From positions 120,095,670 to 120,159,669 of the forward strand of contig JARDVH010000025.1 in assembly GCA_030324005.1 (NCBI GenBank): a DNA stretch of 64,000 nucleotides. The letters run 5' to 3'. Made by a program: the position numbers and the translations under genes. Below the pieces are notes generated by a model. It had not been told where the DNA came from. It saw only the letters and a program-made list of their open reading frames with translations, and searched no databases. Positions 51,491 to 63,907 of the stretch are shown in pieces (position 1 is the first letter of the stretch; each line of letters opens with the position of its first letter). Source of the DNA: Negaprion brevirostris (taxonomy: Eukaryota).

Positions 51491-52606
51491 AAACACTCAG
51501 CAGCTAAAAGCTCCGATTCGATTCACTTTTTTTTAATTGAAATTAATTACACTCGCCTATCACACCTGTACTGTCCGTCAAATGCTCCTCCTCCCAAAAC
51601 TCAAATATGCGTGATAATCACTTGTCAAAATTTTGGCAGTCATAGCGCCCCGATGTTGAAAGACATGATGCAATAATCAGAAAACAGGGGCACTTGCAAC
51701 TTGATTGCAACCAACACCACCATACCAATCATTCAGAAAAATCGATAGATTGACTTCTATCCGTAAAGTTTTTCACTTTGTTTGTTTTCCTGTCGTAGAA
51801 TCTGACACTTGTTTGCCTCTCACTGGCAAATCTGTCCATTAGCAGGACATCTGCGGACTTCTGCTTGACAAGCGCAGAATAGCAAAATTGGGAGTCACAA
51901 TGACACATTTTACCTTAAATGAGTAATCCAAATACAAAGTTCACGGTGACCAGTGATGCAACACGTAACAAGCAAATAAGGGAAGACCTCCAGGATTATC
52001 TATTAAAGGAGAAGAATGCCCAACCACGACATTTTTGAATTAAATTCACCTTTTACTCGCCAGTTAATAGGGTTTGGAGCAAACGACTCTTTGTGGCATG
52101 ACTTGTTTCATTCGCATATCTAGTCTTAATTAGCATAGGAACATTGAATATCTTTGCTGATAGATTTTGCAAACTAATGAAATTGATCAGTTTGATCGAC
52201 CGCTATGTTCATGTATTCTTTACTCGTCTAAGTGTCTTTTTGGGAGCTATGGATCATGAGTAGCATGCATGCAGTATGCCCAGGCCATGCTCTTCTTAGA
52301 ACCCAACTGGGGAAGCTACTTTTCCTTGTGTTAACTATTCAAAAAGCTCGAAACTATTATGAGGAATAAATATATGAAATTAACTTAAGTTACTTCGGCC
52401 TACTTTTATCCAGAACTCGAAAGACTTGAGGGAATTGTTTACCAATTTTCATTAGATTGAGTCTAATATGTTAAAATTAATCTTGTGAAACGAGTCTTTC
52501 AGCGGTGAATGCAATTCGCTGAGGAAACAAAGAATGTAATTATCTTTAACTTAATTAATGATGCACAGCGAAATGATTTTACATTGCTATTAATTAAACA
52601 CTATAC

Positions 52607-52921
52607 CTATGCAAACAACAGAAGCTGCCTCGCCTGGACTGCAGTTGTGTTCGCCTAGTGGATTTTTTCGGCACTGCAATAAAGATGGTTCAGTACCATT
52701 GCATTGAACATTATCCAACCAATAGGACCCAGACATTGATCCAAAAGCACCACTTCCAGGTGCGGCTACGGCGGGCCCGCAGCCAATTTGCCGACACACA
52801 ACTTCCGCATCCAGAATGTCCCAATCATCATCGCACACTGCTCCCCAAGTATCGTTGTAGTAAAACTCGACTCTTCCAGAACAAGAGCTTTTCCCGTTGG
52901 TCAATCGCATTGGCAACTCAT
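52607..52921 (-). CDS. SRCR exon, type A, unit 3
   Basis: 315 nt AG/GT; [29 protein letters not shown]. Confidence 0.95.
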
Positions 52922-53759
52922 CTAAAGAACAAAAATGAAAGAAATTGAACCATTAAATCTTTTCAAATGTTTCTAAACAACGTAACAGGAAGTGATCATC
53001 AAACATTTCTCAACTTGCCACCTTGTAGAAGCTTCACATTTCTGCCAACGTGCGTCGATGGTGGAGGGAGTGATTATTTGTCAAAATGGTACAAGTCAAG
53101 TGGTCTATATTGTCATGGATACACTTAAGCATTTTTTCTGTTGTTCACAAAACAGCATCAGAGAATTATATATCCATTCGGCCCATCAAGTCGTACGGAC
53201 GCGCGAGAAGTACCTGAAGTCCCACCTATTTCCATTTACCAGCAGTAAAATTTAAATTATTATTAGGGTCACAAGTAGGCTTACACTGTGGCCCATGGCC
53301 ATAAATGGTTCGATTTGCCAAGTATTCATCCAGCTACTTTTTAAAGAATGTGAGGCAACCGCCTCTACTATTCTCCCAGGCGGCAGATTCGAGTCTATCA
53401 GTACTTCGAAAGTGAAAAAAACCTTTTTTTTCCCCGACAAATTGTTGGATTTGCATTTTATATTGTGGTTCTTGTGATGGGGTATGTCTAAAATGCAGCA
53501 ACGTTTTACACAGTGCAAATTTCTCTGCGAAACAGGCAGCTCACATGTTGAGAATTTAGAATAGTGCTTGATTTTAGCAGGTGATTTGCTTGTTTTACCT
53601 TGAGATCATGCATTTTTTGTTTATTTGTTTCTCCCGCGGGTCTTCAGAGGAGGGTTTTGATTCATTTGATTGACAGAGTCACGTGTTTAAGGAGCGGAAT
53701 TAAGCTTATCAAGGAAAACAAATAGGTAGTGACTTTCAGGTTCTAAAGGCAGCAAGAGG

Positions 53760-53778
53760 TCTCTCTCTCTCTCGCGCG

Positions 53779-53811
<33 letters not shown>

Positions 53812-53821
53812 ACACACACAC

Positions 53822-53866
<45 letters not shown>
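53760..53866. repeat. (CT)n(CG)n(CA)n alternating purine-pyrimidine microsatellite
   Basis: Direct reading. Confidence 0.9.
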
Positions 53867-53867
<1 letters not shown>

Positions 53868-54525
53868 TGCCTCGAGGCTGTTGTTTGGAAACTGCTGGGT
53901 GAAATGTGCATTTCTCTCCGTACCTTTCTCAAGGGGTGTTCTCGAATCTGTAAGGCAGGCAGCCCAAGCAAACAGTTTTTGTGTTGCACACTAATTTTCA
54001 AGAGGATTTTAAGTGCAAAAGTGTATTATTGCTTGAATCGAAACGAATATAGAGAGTTTAGCAGTTAAGAAACTTTATGTGTTCACGTTTAAGTAGTTCA
54101 ATTGTTGATAGTTAAGTTAATTAATTCGTTATAATTAATCTGCATAGTTGAAACATGTTTATTCTGGCAAAAGCTGCCTTGTTTCTCAATAGAAGCCGAA
54201 CTGGACTGAAACACAGCATTCTCCTGCTAATGCCAAAATGAAAAATAAATGTCGGGGGCTAGTCAGGTGTCATAACACGCACTGAGGTTTGTGAGACATA
54301 CATTAACACAAGGCCCACTATCTGAAATCTTGACAAGTCCGACATTGCAACATTTGAATTGTATATGTGCAATTTATAATTTCAGTTCCCTGAGATAAGA
54401 ATTCCGCCCCCCCCCTCCTTTCTCTACAGCAGGAAGGATATTTACATAGAACAGGGTTGGCAAAGGCAGGCTGAGTCAGATACTCGCACCCCGCTATTGA
54501 TGTTGGAAATCATCTTCTGGTTTAC

Positions 54526-54831
54526 CTGTTACAAACACATGCACTGAATCGCTGCTGCTTGAATTGGTAAATTTTCCTGATTTGCTGGTCTGATAGTGGC
54601 AAGTATAGTTTCCACTAGAGCTGACATTCAAATCTTGGATGATGAACTTCATTTGGTAAGCTCCCTCTGCAGCATTTCCATAAGCAACATCATGCAAGTC
54701 ACCATCTCTCTTCAAATAAAACGTGCCACCTGCGTACAAATCCAACGCTGTGCAAGTAAGTCTGATTGTATCTCGTGCTATGTAAACGGCAGGGCTCCTT
54801 TCCTGAGTCAGAATTGGCTTAATTGGTCGAT
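54526..54831 (-). CDS. Ig-like exon, unit 2
   Basis: 306 nt AG/GT; DRPIKPILTQE..LTCTALDLYAGGTFYLKRDG..GNYTCHYQT..SDSVHVFVT. Confidence 0.93.
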
Positions 54832-55339
54832 CTGCAATCATATTAAAAAATGCACACGTTATCTGTAGCTCGGTCCCGAAAAACACGAAAGTCCGAAAAG
54901 TCATCGGCAAGGCATTGTACTCCCTCTGTGACATGTACATTTCCTCATTGTGTTTTAACTTCGTTCCAGTCCATGAAGAATTCTACAAGGATATTGATCA
55001 GAATTCTCTGGCTGCTCATGCCTGGGGTATTCTCTGGTCCCACTGGCAGTTTACCCTCGCTCGCGGGTTACTCATCGAAGTGGGGTGACGTCAATGGGAA
55101 TTCCCATTAACAGCGCTGGGATTGAGAACCCTGTCCCTTGCAAGCAGCACACCATCTGCTGTCAGAAGGAAACATACTGCTGAGACGCTGGAGAACCTCT
55201 CGCAAATTGCCTTTCCGAAAAACAGGGAAGCAATCTTCGAAAATAGATGGCAACCCACTCGATGTGATAAATTAATGTCCCTATTGTTCATCAAGAATGT
55301 TGGACTGAAAGCAACCACGCAATATTCGATAATGACTCT

Positions 55340-55660
55340 TATGTTGGGAGAGTTCAGGACTAGGGGTCAGAATTTGAACATAGGTGTAAATCTATTAGGA
55401 TGGAGATCAGGAAAATTGTCATCACCCAAAAATTGGTGTATCTGTGGAACTCAAGGAAGGAAAAGTAGTACAGGACAAAACATTGCGTGATTTGTTGAAG
55501 AAATTAGATATAGCTCTTGGAGTTAAAAGAATATCAGGGGAGGGCTGATGCGTTAGGGTGTAGAAATGATGATCAGCATTAATCACAGTGAATGGTGGAG
55601 GAAGGTCGAAAAGTCGAAAAGCCTAATCCTGCTTTTATATTCTGTGTCTGTTTCTAGGTG
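55340..55660 (+). mobile_element. Old CR1 3' fragment
   Basis: GEFRTRGQNL-like motif and CR1 3' UTR resemblance. Confidence 0.6.
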
Positions 55661-56420
55661 TAACGGGATTTGCATGTCTTGATGTTCATCATGGCGCCAA
55701 ATCATGGTATATTCCCTTGCAATTTGAGTAAAATAAATAACATCGAACAGAGTGGATACCCCGAATGCAAATTAATGGCAAGGCTGATAGTTCTTTTTTG
55801 TTCTGTTAGTCTACGATAGCCAAGTGTTAAAGGAATTTCGTAATTCATCTCTAGTTACTTGTCATGATTTGATTTCCAGATGGAACATCCTGGTCACTAT
55901 AGTTTGAGAAGCCATTCATAATGTGTCTACGTGGAACAGCAATGCATTGGAACATTTCATAAATGGTGCGGAGTCAACAGCATTCGTTGTTTTTCCAGTG
56001 GAAGCTGAACAAGTCACTTTGCGAGCTCAGGGGAATGACCTTATATCTATTAAGCCATTTTGATTTGACTAATTCTGCACAATTAATTGCATTACTATAT
56101 ATTTTGTGGAAAAAAAACACCAAGAATTATACGAAAAATATGTATATTGTGAATGCATTATATGTATATCGAGAATTATATGAAAAATATGAATATTGTA
56201 AATGCATTATATGTATATAAACACACTTTCTCCTTTATAAACAAGTAGAATAATCACACTGGAAATAATTCAGTCATTTACACTTTTGAGAAGTGTTTAT
56301 GTTCTAACCTTCCTTTGATCTTTTAAAATGTACTTTCTCGTCTTCTTTTACAGACACATCCATGCGTTTTTAATGTGTTAAACCATGCCACCTTTTACTG
56401 AAACAAATAGTTTCGCATAC

Positions 56421-56735
56421 CTGAGCAAATTACAGATGCATCCTCCTGATGGTTACAGTTGTGCTGACCTAATGGTTTTGACTGGCACTGCCATAAGGAA
56501 GACTCGGACCCATTGCACTGAACTGAGTCCAGCCAGATCGGTGAAGTGCCTTTCCCAAACGTGGAGTTGTCAAGTGCTGATTCAGCGAACCCACAATCAA
56601 GTTCTGTACAGACAGTTTCGGCATCGTATATGCCCCAGTCATCATCGCAGACAGTTCCCCAGGCGTAATTATAATAGATCTCCACTCTTCCAGAACAGGG
56701 GATGTCTCCGTCCGCCAGTCTGATTTCAAATCTTT
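56421..56735 (-). CDS. SRCR exon, type B, unit 2
   Basis: 315 nt AG/GT; [27 protein letters not shown]. Confidence 0.95.
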
Positions 56736-58085
56736 CTATTGTGGATGAAAAGTAAAAATTCGGAATTATTAGCAAAACTATATTCTATGAATATTAAGGT
56801 GGAATTCAAAGCACATGACAAATTGACGAGAGTAAATCCCCATGCATGTTAGTCACCCCGATGAGCTGCTATGTAAGGATAATTCGGCACAAATAGCTAC
56901 TGATATGGACAATGATGTGACGCTGCAGTGTTTTTTTCAAAAATAATTTGTTAACTCAACCTATGTTACTGGTAATTTCACCTATTTTAACACTTCGTTT
57001 ATCTCATGTCCCAAGTTGAGATTTCTAAGGCTCTTTTTTTTTGTTCAAATTAAATGCATCTTAATAATTAGCATCATTATTAAGCCAGAACGATCTGTTG
57101 GCAAAACTTTACAGCGTATAACATTAGTAGAGACTATTAGTAGAGATGATAGAGAGTATTTCTTCAGGATGCACTTAAGTGGAAAAGCCCGTGTTATTTG
57201 AAAGCCATAACAAGAATGAGTGATGAGTTCAAAACATAAATCTTTATGCAAAGAATTTTGGAAATGGCAAAATTGCTCTCACATGGAATAGTTGAAAAAT
57301 AACTCAAGAAGGAATTGGAAAGCGACTGATATACTACCACAGCAGGCAGTTTTGGTCACGGAGCTCTGAAGAAGTGTCACCTGGCTCGAAATGTTGGCTT
57401 CATTCTCGGCCCACAGATGCTGTCTGAGCTGCTGACATACACCAACATTTTCTGATTTTTGTTTTTGTCAGATTCCAACATCGCAGTGTTTTGCTTTTAT
57501 GTTATTGTCAATGAATCCCCTGACATTGGGAGGGGAAGGGGCGGGTTTTGTGGGAGAGGGGCACAAAATGCGGAGTGTACACAACGCCATTAGACTGAAA
57601 CATTGACTTGTGTTTCTCCGTTAAATCCTATGTCTCAAAATTTTATCCCTCCTTCAAAACTTTAATCCTCATTTGCACCCTTCAGAGGTCAATTCCTTTT
57701 TACCTGATTGAAGAAAAATGAAACCTGCCCCGTAATTGACTTAAGTCCAACACTAATACCATACCGTAATGCAGGTTTTCATGTCCTATGGCTCGACTGG
57801 GAACTTGTTTTATGGGATGCGATGCCATTTCCTATACTGTTGACATTTGTCTTGTGGATGATTCGAATTCTGAATGCTCCCCCTTCATTTTATCTCACAT
57901 TGAGACTTGATACTCCAGTGAAATGTGGTTTTCGGCGGTTTCAATGAAATATTTCTTATTGTTGCAATGTTATTATTTGATGAGTGTGAGCATATGCACA
58001 AATGAACCATGAAAATGATTACTTTGTCATAATGGAATTTACTGTGATCCCTGCATAAAATCGATAAAACTAAATGAAAAATTAC

Positions 58086-58400
58086 CTGAACATATAACAG
58101 ACGCCGCAGTTCCGGCACTGCAGCTGTGCTCTCCCAGTGGGTGCCTTTGGCAGTGCAATAAATTCGTCTCAGTCCCATTGCATTCAACATTAGTCAGCCA
58201 AAAAACCCGAGGTGTTGGTCCAAATAAGTCATTGTCAGGAGTTGATCTTGCTGGTCCGCAGCCCAGTTGCCGGCAGATAACATTTGAGTCGTGTATGTCC
58301 CAACCATCATCGCATACTGCTCCCCAAGCGTTATCATAATATACCTCCACATTCCCAGAACAATTACTTCTCCCATTGATTAACCTAATCTGCACCTGAT
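58086..58400 (-). CDS. SRCR exon, type A, unit 2
   Basis: 315 nt AG/GT; DQVQIRLING..WGAVCDDGWD..AASVICS. Confidence 0.95.
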
Positions 58401-59717
58401 CTGTGGAAGTAAAATCAAAACGGTGATTCATTCAATTAACTTTCATCAAGTTACAGAAAGCACGTGTCCATATTAGATGAATCTGTTCCATTTGCAATAC
58501 CTGCATTTCAAATGTATCCTTACCCTATCGGAATCGCATCATCTTTATAAGCAATAAACAGAGACAAGGGGGCATAAAGAAGGAGAAGGAGATAATTGAG
58601 CCCCCACCGCTGTTCTTTATGAAAATGGCTGATCATTCAAATCAATAGCCTGATGCCATTTCTCTCCATATCATTTGGTCTGCTTGACTTGAAGCCCTAT
58701 ACCTAGTTTCTTCTTGAAAACAGGCAGACTAGTATCAGACAATATTGTACATTAAGAAACGCACTGCCAGATACAAGAAATGCCTGTCCTTAGATACATC
58801 AATTGGTCATATCATCTGGGATGACATTTTCGCCGATTGCAAATTCAAAAGGACCCGAGAAATGGAACAAAATACGTGCATCCATCTGTAATATTTCAAA
58901 ATTGCCTTGGTCGTAAGTAGAAAGGCACTCAGACTTTGACCTCTACAAATCAAATAAGGACCTTTACGAAGATCCCAAATTTGTGCTGACTTGTATTATT
59001 CTTTTTGGGATCTCAAAACATCGTGGAGAGATTGCTGCGGAACAAACTGGTTCAAATGCACCATTGTAACGTTGGACCGAGGCAAGCTAGGTCAACACAA
59101 TATAATCTGTGTTTTTGTGTGTCTCGTTGCCAGACAGATTGACTTTGGGTAGGGCTTCAGGTGAGGTCTCTGCTTCATTAATATATGTTACGAAATGGGT
59201 CAAACATAACCTGGCCGGGAAAAATAGGTCTGGGTACAAATGTATTTAACAGTCTATACGTCAGAAACATGTATTCTTTACTAGAAGTCTGGTTTTGGGG
59301 GTCGGGAAGTATGTTTGTGGTTATATACGAATAGTGTTGAGGCTGGAACATTTGAATTTATTGGTCATGTTCTACTAATGTATATAAATATACAACATAA
59401 AAGGTTACACTTTTTTCAAATCGAAATTATGAGTATTCATTAATGGAGTTGTTGGAGCATTCAAGGAAGGCACTTTAAATGTAATATCTGTTATAGTGAC
59501 ACCCCTATTTTTGTGTTAAAATTCTACTTTTCATTGCTGTCTTCGAAATTGCAGCACTCCCTCACTGTTACTTTGTGTGATATACCATGAGCCTGAAAGC
59601 AGCCTTGAACATCCACTTCTTTGTCTCTCATCTCCCAGAGGTCATGAGGAGATATGCTTCACACTTTGCTTGCCTGTTTCACGGAGCCACCGACGCTGAC
59701 GTTGTATACTCGCTTAC

Positions 59718-60017
59718 CTGTTACTTGTACATACACCGAGTCGCTGACGCTTGAATTGGTAAGCGTTCCGGATTTCCTTGTTTGATAGAGACAGGTGTAA
59801 TTACCAGTTGTGCTGACATTCACATTCTGTATGGAAAACGTAAAGTTGTAAGCTTCATCTTGTGCAGTTCCAGAAGCAATAGTATTTATGCCACCAATGT
59901 TCATTAAATAAAACGTGCACCCTCCATAATAGCTCATGCATGTCATTAGTATTGTATCTCCAGTTATGAAGGTTCCATGTTTTCTCTCCAGGGCAAGAAT
60001 TGGCTTTAGCGGTCGAT
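59718..60017 (-). CDS. Ig-like exon, unit 1
   Basis: 300 nt, tttcag/GTAAGC; DRPLKPILALE..MTCMSYYGGCTFYL..GNYTCLYQT..SDSVYVQVT. Confidence 0.92.
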
Positions 60018-60037
60018 CTGAAATAGATTTCAGAGAA

Positions 60038-60370
60038 CATAGATTTCCTACAGTACAGAAGATTTCATTCGACTCATCGAGTCCACACTAACTTTCTGAC
60101 AGATTATTTTACACAGGAACAGAATTGTCAACCCGCCCTGCCCTAGAAATCACACGCTTTAAGCATGGTGAATCATACACATTTGGGACACTGACAGGCA
60201 ACTTTGCATGATCAATTCAACTTACCTGCACATTTATGGGCTGTGGGAGGAAATTAGAGAACGCGGACGAAATCTACATGCAAACTCCACACATTTTCCC
60301 AAAGCCCGAATGAATCCCGGGTCCCTTGAACTGTGAGGCAGTGGTAATTAGTACGGTGCCACCATGCCCA
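60038..60370 (-). mobile_element. HE1-like SINE, diverged
   Basis: Similar to 36845-37165 (ctgtgaggcagtg, caaactccacac motifs). Confidence 0.65.
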
Positions 60371-61266
60371 TCGCAACCCGCAACCCCGACTTGCATGAAA
60401 ATCAATTTAATAAACAGAATCTTTTGCTCAAGATCTATAAGTGAGAATATATTAACATTATTTACATGTGGGAACCAAATTATATTGTTTCCTCTCTGTC
60501 ATACGATGTTACGCACTGCCGTTCGCTGTCACTGAACTGTCATGCCAAATGCAACACCTTCAATGCTTTTCAAAAACGACACTAGGTTTCTATTGAAACT
60601 GACCAATTCAGCACTGCAACGCTACTGGTTGCCATTGCCCAATAGGACTGCTCCAGTTAAATCAGTCATGCGGACACATGACATGGGATTACCATGACAC
60701 GACTCCATTGAATGCATAGATACATTTTGTGGCTTTGCCAAGCGATTGAAAACATTGAATTCAAATTATGACGTGTGGGAACAGAATTGCAAACGTTTGG
60801 TCAGGCAGATAGTGATTGTCTGAAATACGGTTACGCCACAGGACAGGGCTAAATAGATTTGAAATCTTAACCCTATGTGTGGTATCATCAAATGAAAGTC
60901 GGAGGGAGCATCGTGGACGTTATGAATTCAACATTTTTATTCTTCTTACAGAATAATCAGTGGATCAGTTCTGAACAGTACAAAATTCAAATAGTTTGTC
61001 TGCCTTTGTAGTGGAAGTTGAAGATCAAACTTTGGAAGGAAAGGAAATTAGGTGCATATTTTCTGCAAATCCCCGTTTATTTTAGGCTACAGGCTGTACA
61101 ATAAGTACATGTGTTAAATAAACAAGGTTGTCAGTATGTTGTACCTTTTTTTCCCTCATCAATTTTTCAGTTTTTTGCTTTCCTTTCTTCATATCCAGAT
61201 ATTTTACAAAGATCCATTCATGTTATAATAATTCGGACTTTCAATGTGAAAGGACCCTTCACGTAC

Positions 61267-61581
61267 CTGAGCAGACGACTGATGCGTCCTCACTGTGAGT
61301 GCAGTTGTGGTGTCCCAAAGGTTTCGACTGGCACTGCCACAAGTAAGATTCGGAACCTAGGCAATGGACTGAATCCAGCCAGATGGGTGAGGTGCCTTCC
61401 CCAAAATAGGAGTGCCCAGGGGCTGATTGTGCAAACCCACAGTTCAGCTCTGTGCAGACAGCTTCGGCGTCAGAGATGTCCCAACCATTATCACAGACTG
61501 TACCCCAGGCGTAATTGTGGTAGATTTCCACCCTTCCTGAGCAGGAACTGTCTCCGTTCACTAGTCTGGTTTGAAATGCTT
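61267..61581 (-). CDS. SRCR exon, type B, unit 1
   Basis: 315 nt AG/GT-bounded; [33 protein letters not shown], 8 Cys. Confidence 0.95.
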
Positions 61582-61739
61582 CTGAAGTGGGGAAAAAGTC
61601 ATACATTTATAAACTCTTCTTGGCACAGTTTTGTAAACTGTTGAAGAAACATAACTAAACGGATAGTAAACAAAAACAATGTAAGGCAACTATTTTAGAG
61701 GGAACTGGCGTGATGTTAATCTTTGGAAATGTTCAGATT

Positions 61740-62105
61740 GACGCATTATGTTATACCAATAACTACAGTTAAGACGATAGATCGGAGAAATTGAGACTGT
61801 TCTTAGATTTAAGACACCTAAGGCAAGATTCGATAGAGATTTTCCAAACCACGATGATGTCCAACAAGGTAGATAGGCAGAATATTTTCTCACTCGTAAA
61901 ATGATCAACAACAAGAGGATGCCGTAACACAGTACATATGAGAAACAAAGATAACATGAGAAAATTAAAAAAAATACATTTTCACACAATGACTGAATCC
62001 GGGTCTGGAATGCGTCAGCTGGAAGGTTGGCTGTGACAGATTCATTCGCGACTTTCAAACGGGCACAAAATGATTACTTGAATAAAGAAAGAAACGGGCT
62101 AGAGT
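61740..62105 (+). mobile_element. Old CR1 3' fragment
   Basis: Decayed LRGDLIE.FK / TRG / VWN motifs. Confidence 0.55.
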
Positions 62106-63592
62106 GATCGGGGATGGGGGCTGGGGAAGACNNNNNNNNNNNNNNNNNNNNNNNNNNNNNNNNNNNNNNNNNNNNNNNNNNNNNNNNNNNNNNNNNNNNN
62201 NNNNNNNNGGTGGGGGGCGACGGGAGGGGGCGTCGATGTTGGTGGGGCCGGGGTGGAAGTAGTGAAATGAGACGAATTCATGCTGCTCATTTTCAAATTC
62301 GGTGCAGAAAATTTGGACCGAATACCTTCCTTTACATCGTAACAATTATGCAATTTTGTGAGACAATTACAAAATATCGAGAGGTACAGCTATTCAGTGC
62401 ATTCCACCTATACAATTATTTGTTGCAAAAATTTAATTCATTGTTTTATACTTCTCTTCCTGGGATGACAATCTTTGACTCATGTGTGTGTTTATGGATA
62501 TCTATAATTTTCTGCATTGCGATGCATTTGAGACACTCTAGAAATATTTCAAATCGGAACTGAAAGTCGCACTCAGCACGGCTATCAACCACTCTGAATG
62601 GAAGGCGCAATGCATTGAATATGCAATTCAGCTATTCTACAAGTATTTGCCGGACCTGCACTTGCAAGCACATTTTTCTCCATTCAGTGACCTTCAAACC
62701 CTTCCCCACCTCCTCGGCCTAGCAGCCCCTTCGTCCTATTTTCTTTGTCTTTAACTTTGACCAAGGGTCATCCGGACTCGAAACGTTGCCTCTATTACCT
62801 CTCCACAGATGCGGTAAGACCTGCTGAGATTGCGCAGCAACTTCTGGTGGTGTTTGACCTTTCTTTCTGTCATTCTTTTGAACTGGCATGCAGCAATTTT
62901 TTATTGAAGACTCGCTAAGTCTCTTTAATATACTCAGTGGACAGATTTACAATTTCTTTGGTGTTCAAGAAAAAAATGTGTTATATATTTCCAACATGAC
63001 GGACCAATAACAAAACATGTGCATACACAAATAATTAACGATTTAGGCCCTCGGCAATATTCAGGGTTTATTGGAATCGCAATCAATTAGACTCGTAATC
63101 ACCAGCATCAGATACCCACTCAGAAAATCAACATTAATTCAAGGCATATTTTTTGACCTTTTAAGTTTTACAAAATAATTTTGCTTGAATGTGCAGTTGC
63201 TAAATCTGATAATATAGAGAGTAAAAGCTGAAATGTAGGACAATATAATATTAGGCTGGCTGCTCCCCATGAAGAATTATGTGGCAGTTGAATTAAACAT
63301 CAGTTTCGGAGAGTCTACCTTTACGCTTCATGTTGTTGCCTAAAGACTGTCCTCGATATGAGGGGGCAATATAGCGTCATGTCAATAATAATTTGGTTTA
63401 TTTACTTTAATGAAGTGAACTACTGAGCGGAGAACGATGAAAATGCCAACGTGTGCATGGAAATTATTAAGGCAATTCCCTGTAATTCGACTGCTGAAAT
63501 TCATAAGTTGCCTTCAAATAACTGGAATTAATACGTTCCAATAACGCAGGCCGAGAACACAACACCCTCAAGCATAAAAACAAAAACTATAC

Positions 63593-63907
63593 CTGAGCAA
63601 ATGGCAGATGCTGCATCTCCAGGGCTGCAGTTGTGCTCTCCAAGTGCGGTCTTTTGGCAATGCAATAAGTTCAACTCAGTTCCGCTGCACTCAATGTTAT
63701 TGAACCAAATGGAATCAGCTGCTGCTCCAAAGTGAGCATTAACAGGTGCCGATTTTGCCGGTCCACAACCCAACTGCTTGCATACAACATTCGCATCAAG
63801 TATGTCCCAGTTGTCATCACAGACTGCTCCCCAAGTCTGATTGTAGTAAAGCTCAACTCTCCCTGAGCATGCGTTTATACCTTTGAATAGTCGCAGTGGG
63901 ATCTGGT
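63593..63907 (-). CDS. SRCR (group B) exon, type A, unit 1
   Basis: cacttag acceptor / GTATAG donor; 315 nt phase 1-1; [32 protein letters not shown]..8 Cys. Confidence 0.95.

Noticed and set aside
55093-55108. Perfect 16-bp palindrome AATGGGAATTCCCATT (kappaB-like core)
   Set aside because: Appears to be the centre of a fold-back repeat (about 55000-55205); motif alone is not evidence of regulation
27518-63907. Assigning gene symbol DMBT1, CD163 or WC1
   Set aside because: No SID linkers, CUB or ZP exons seen and the interleaved Ig domains do not fit; orthology unsupported
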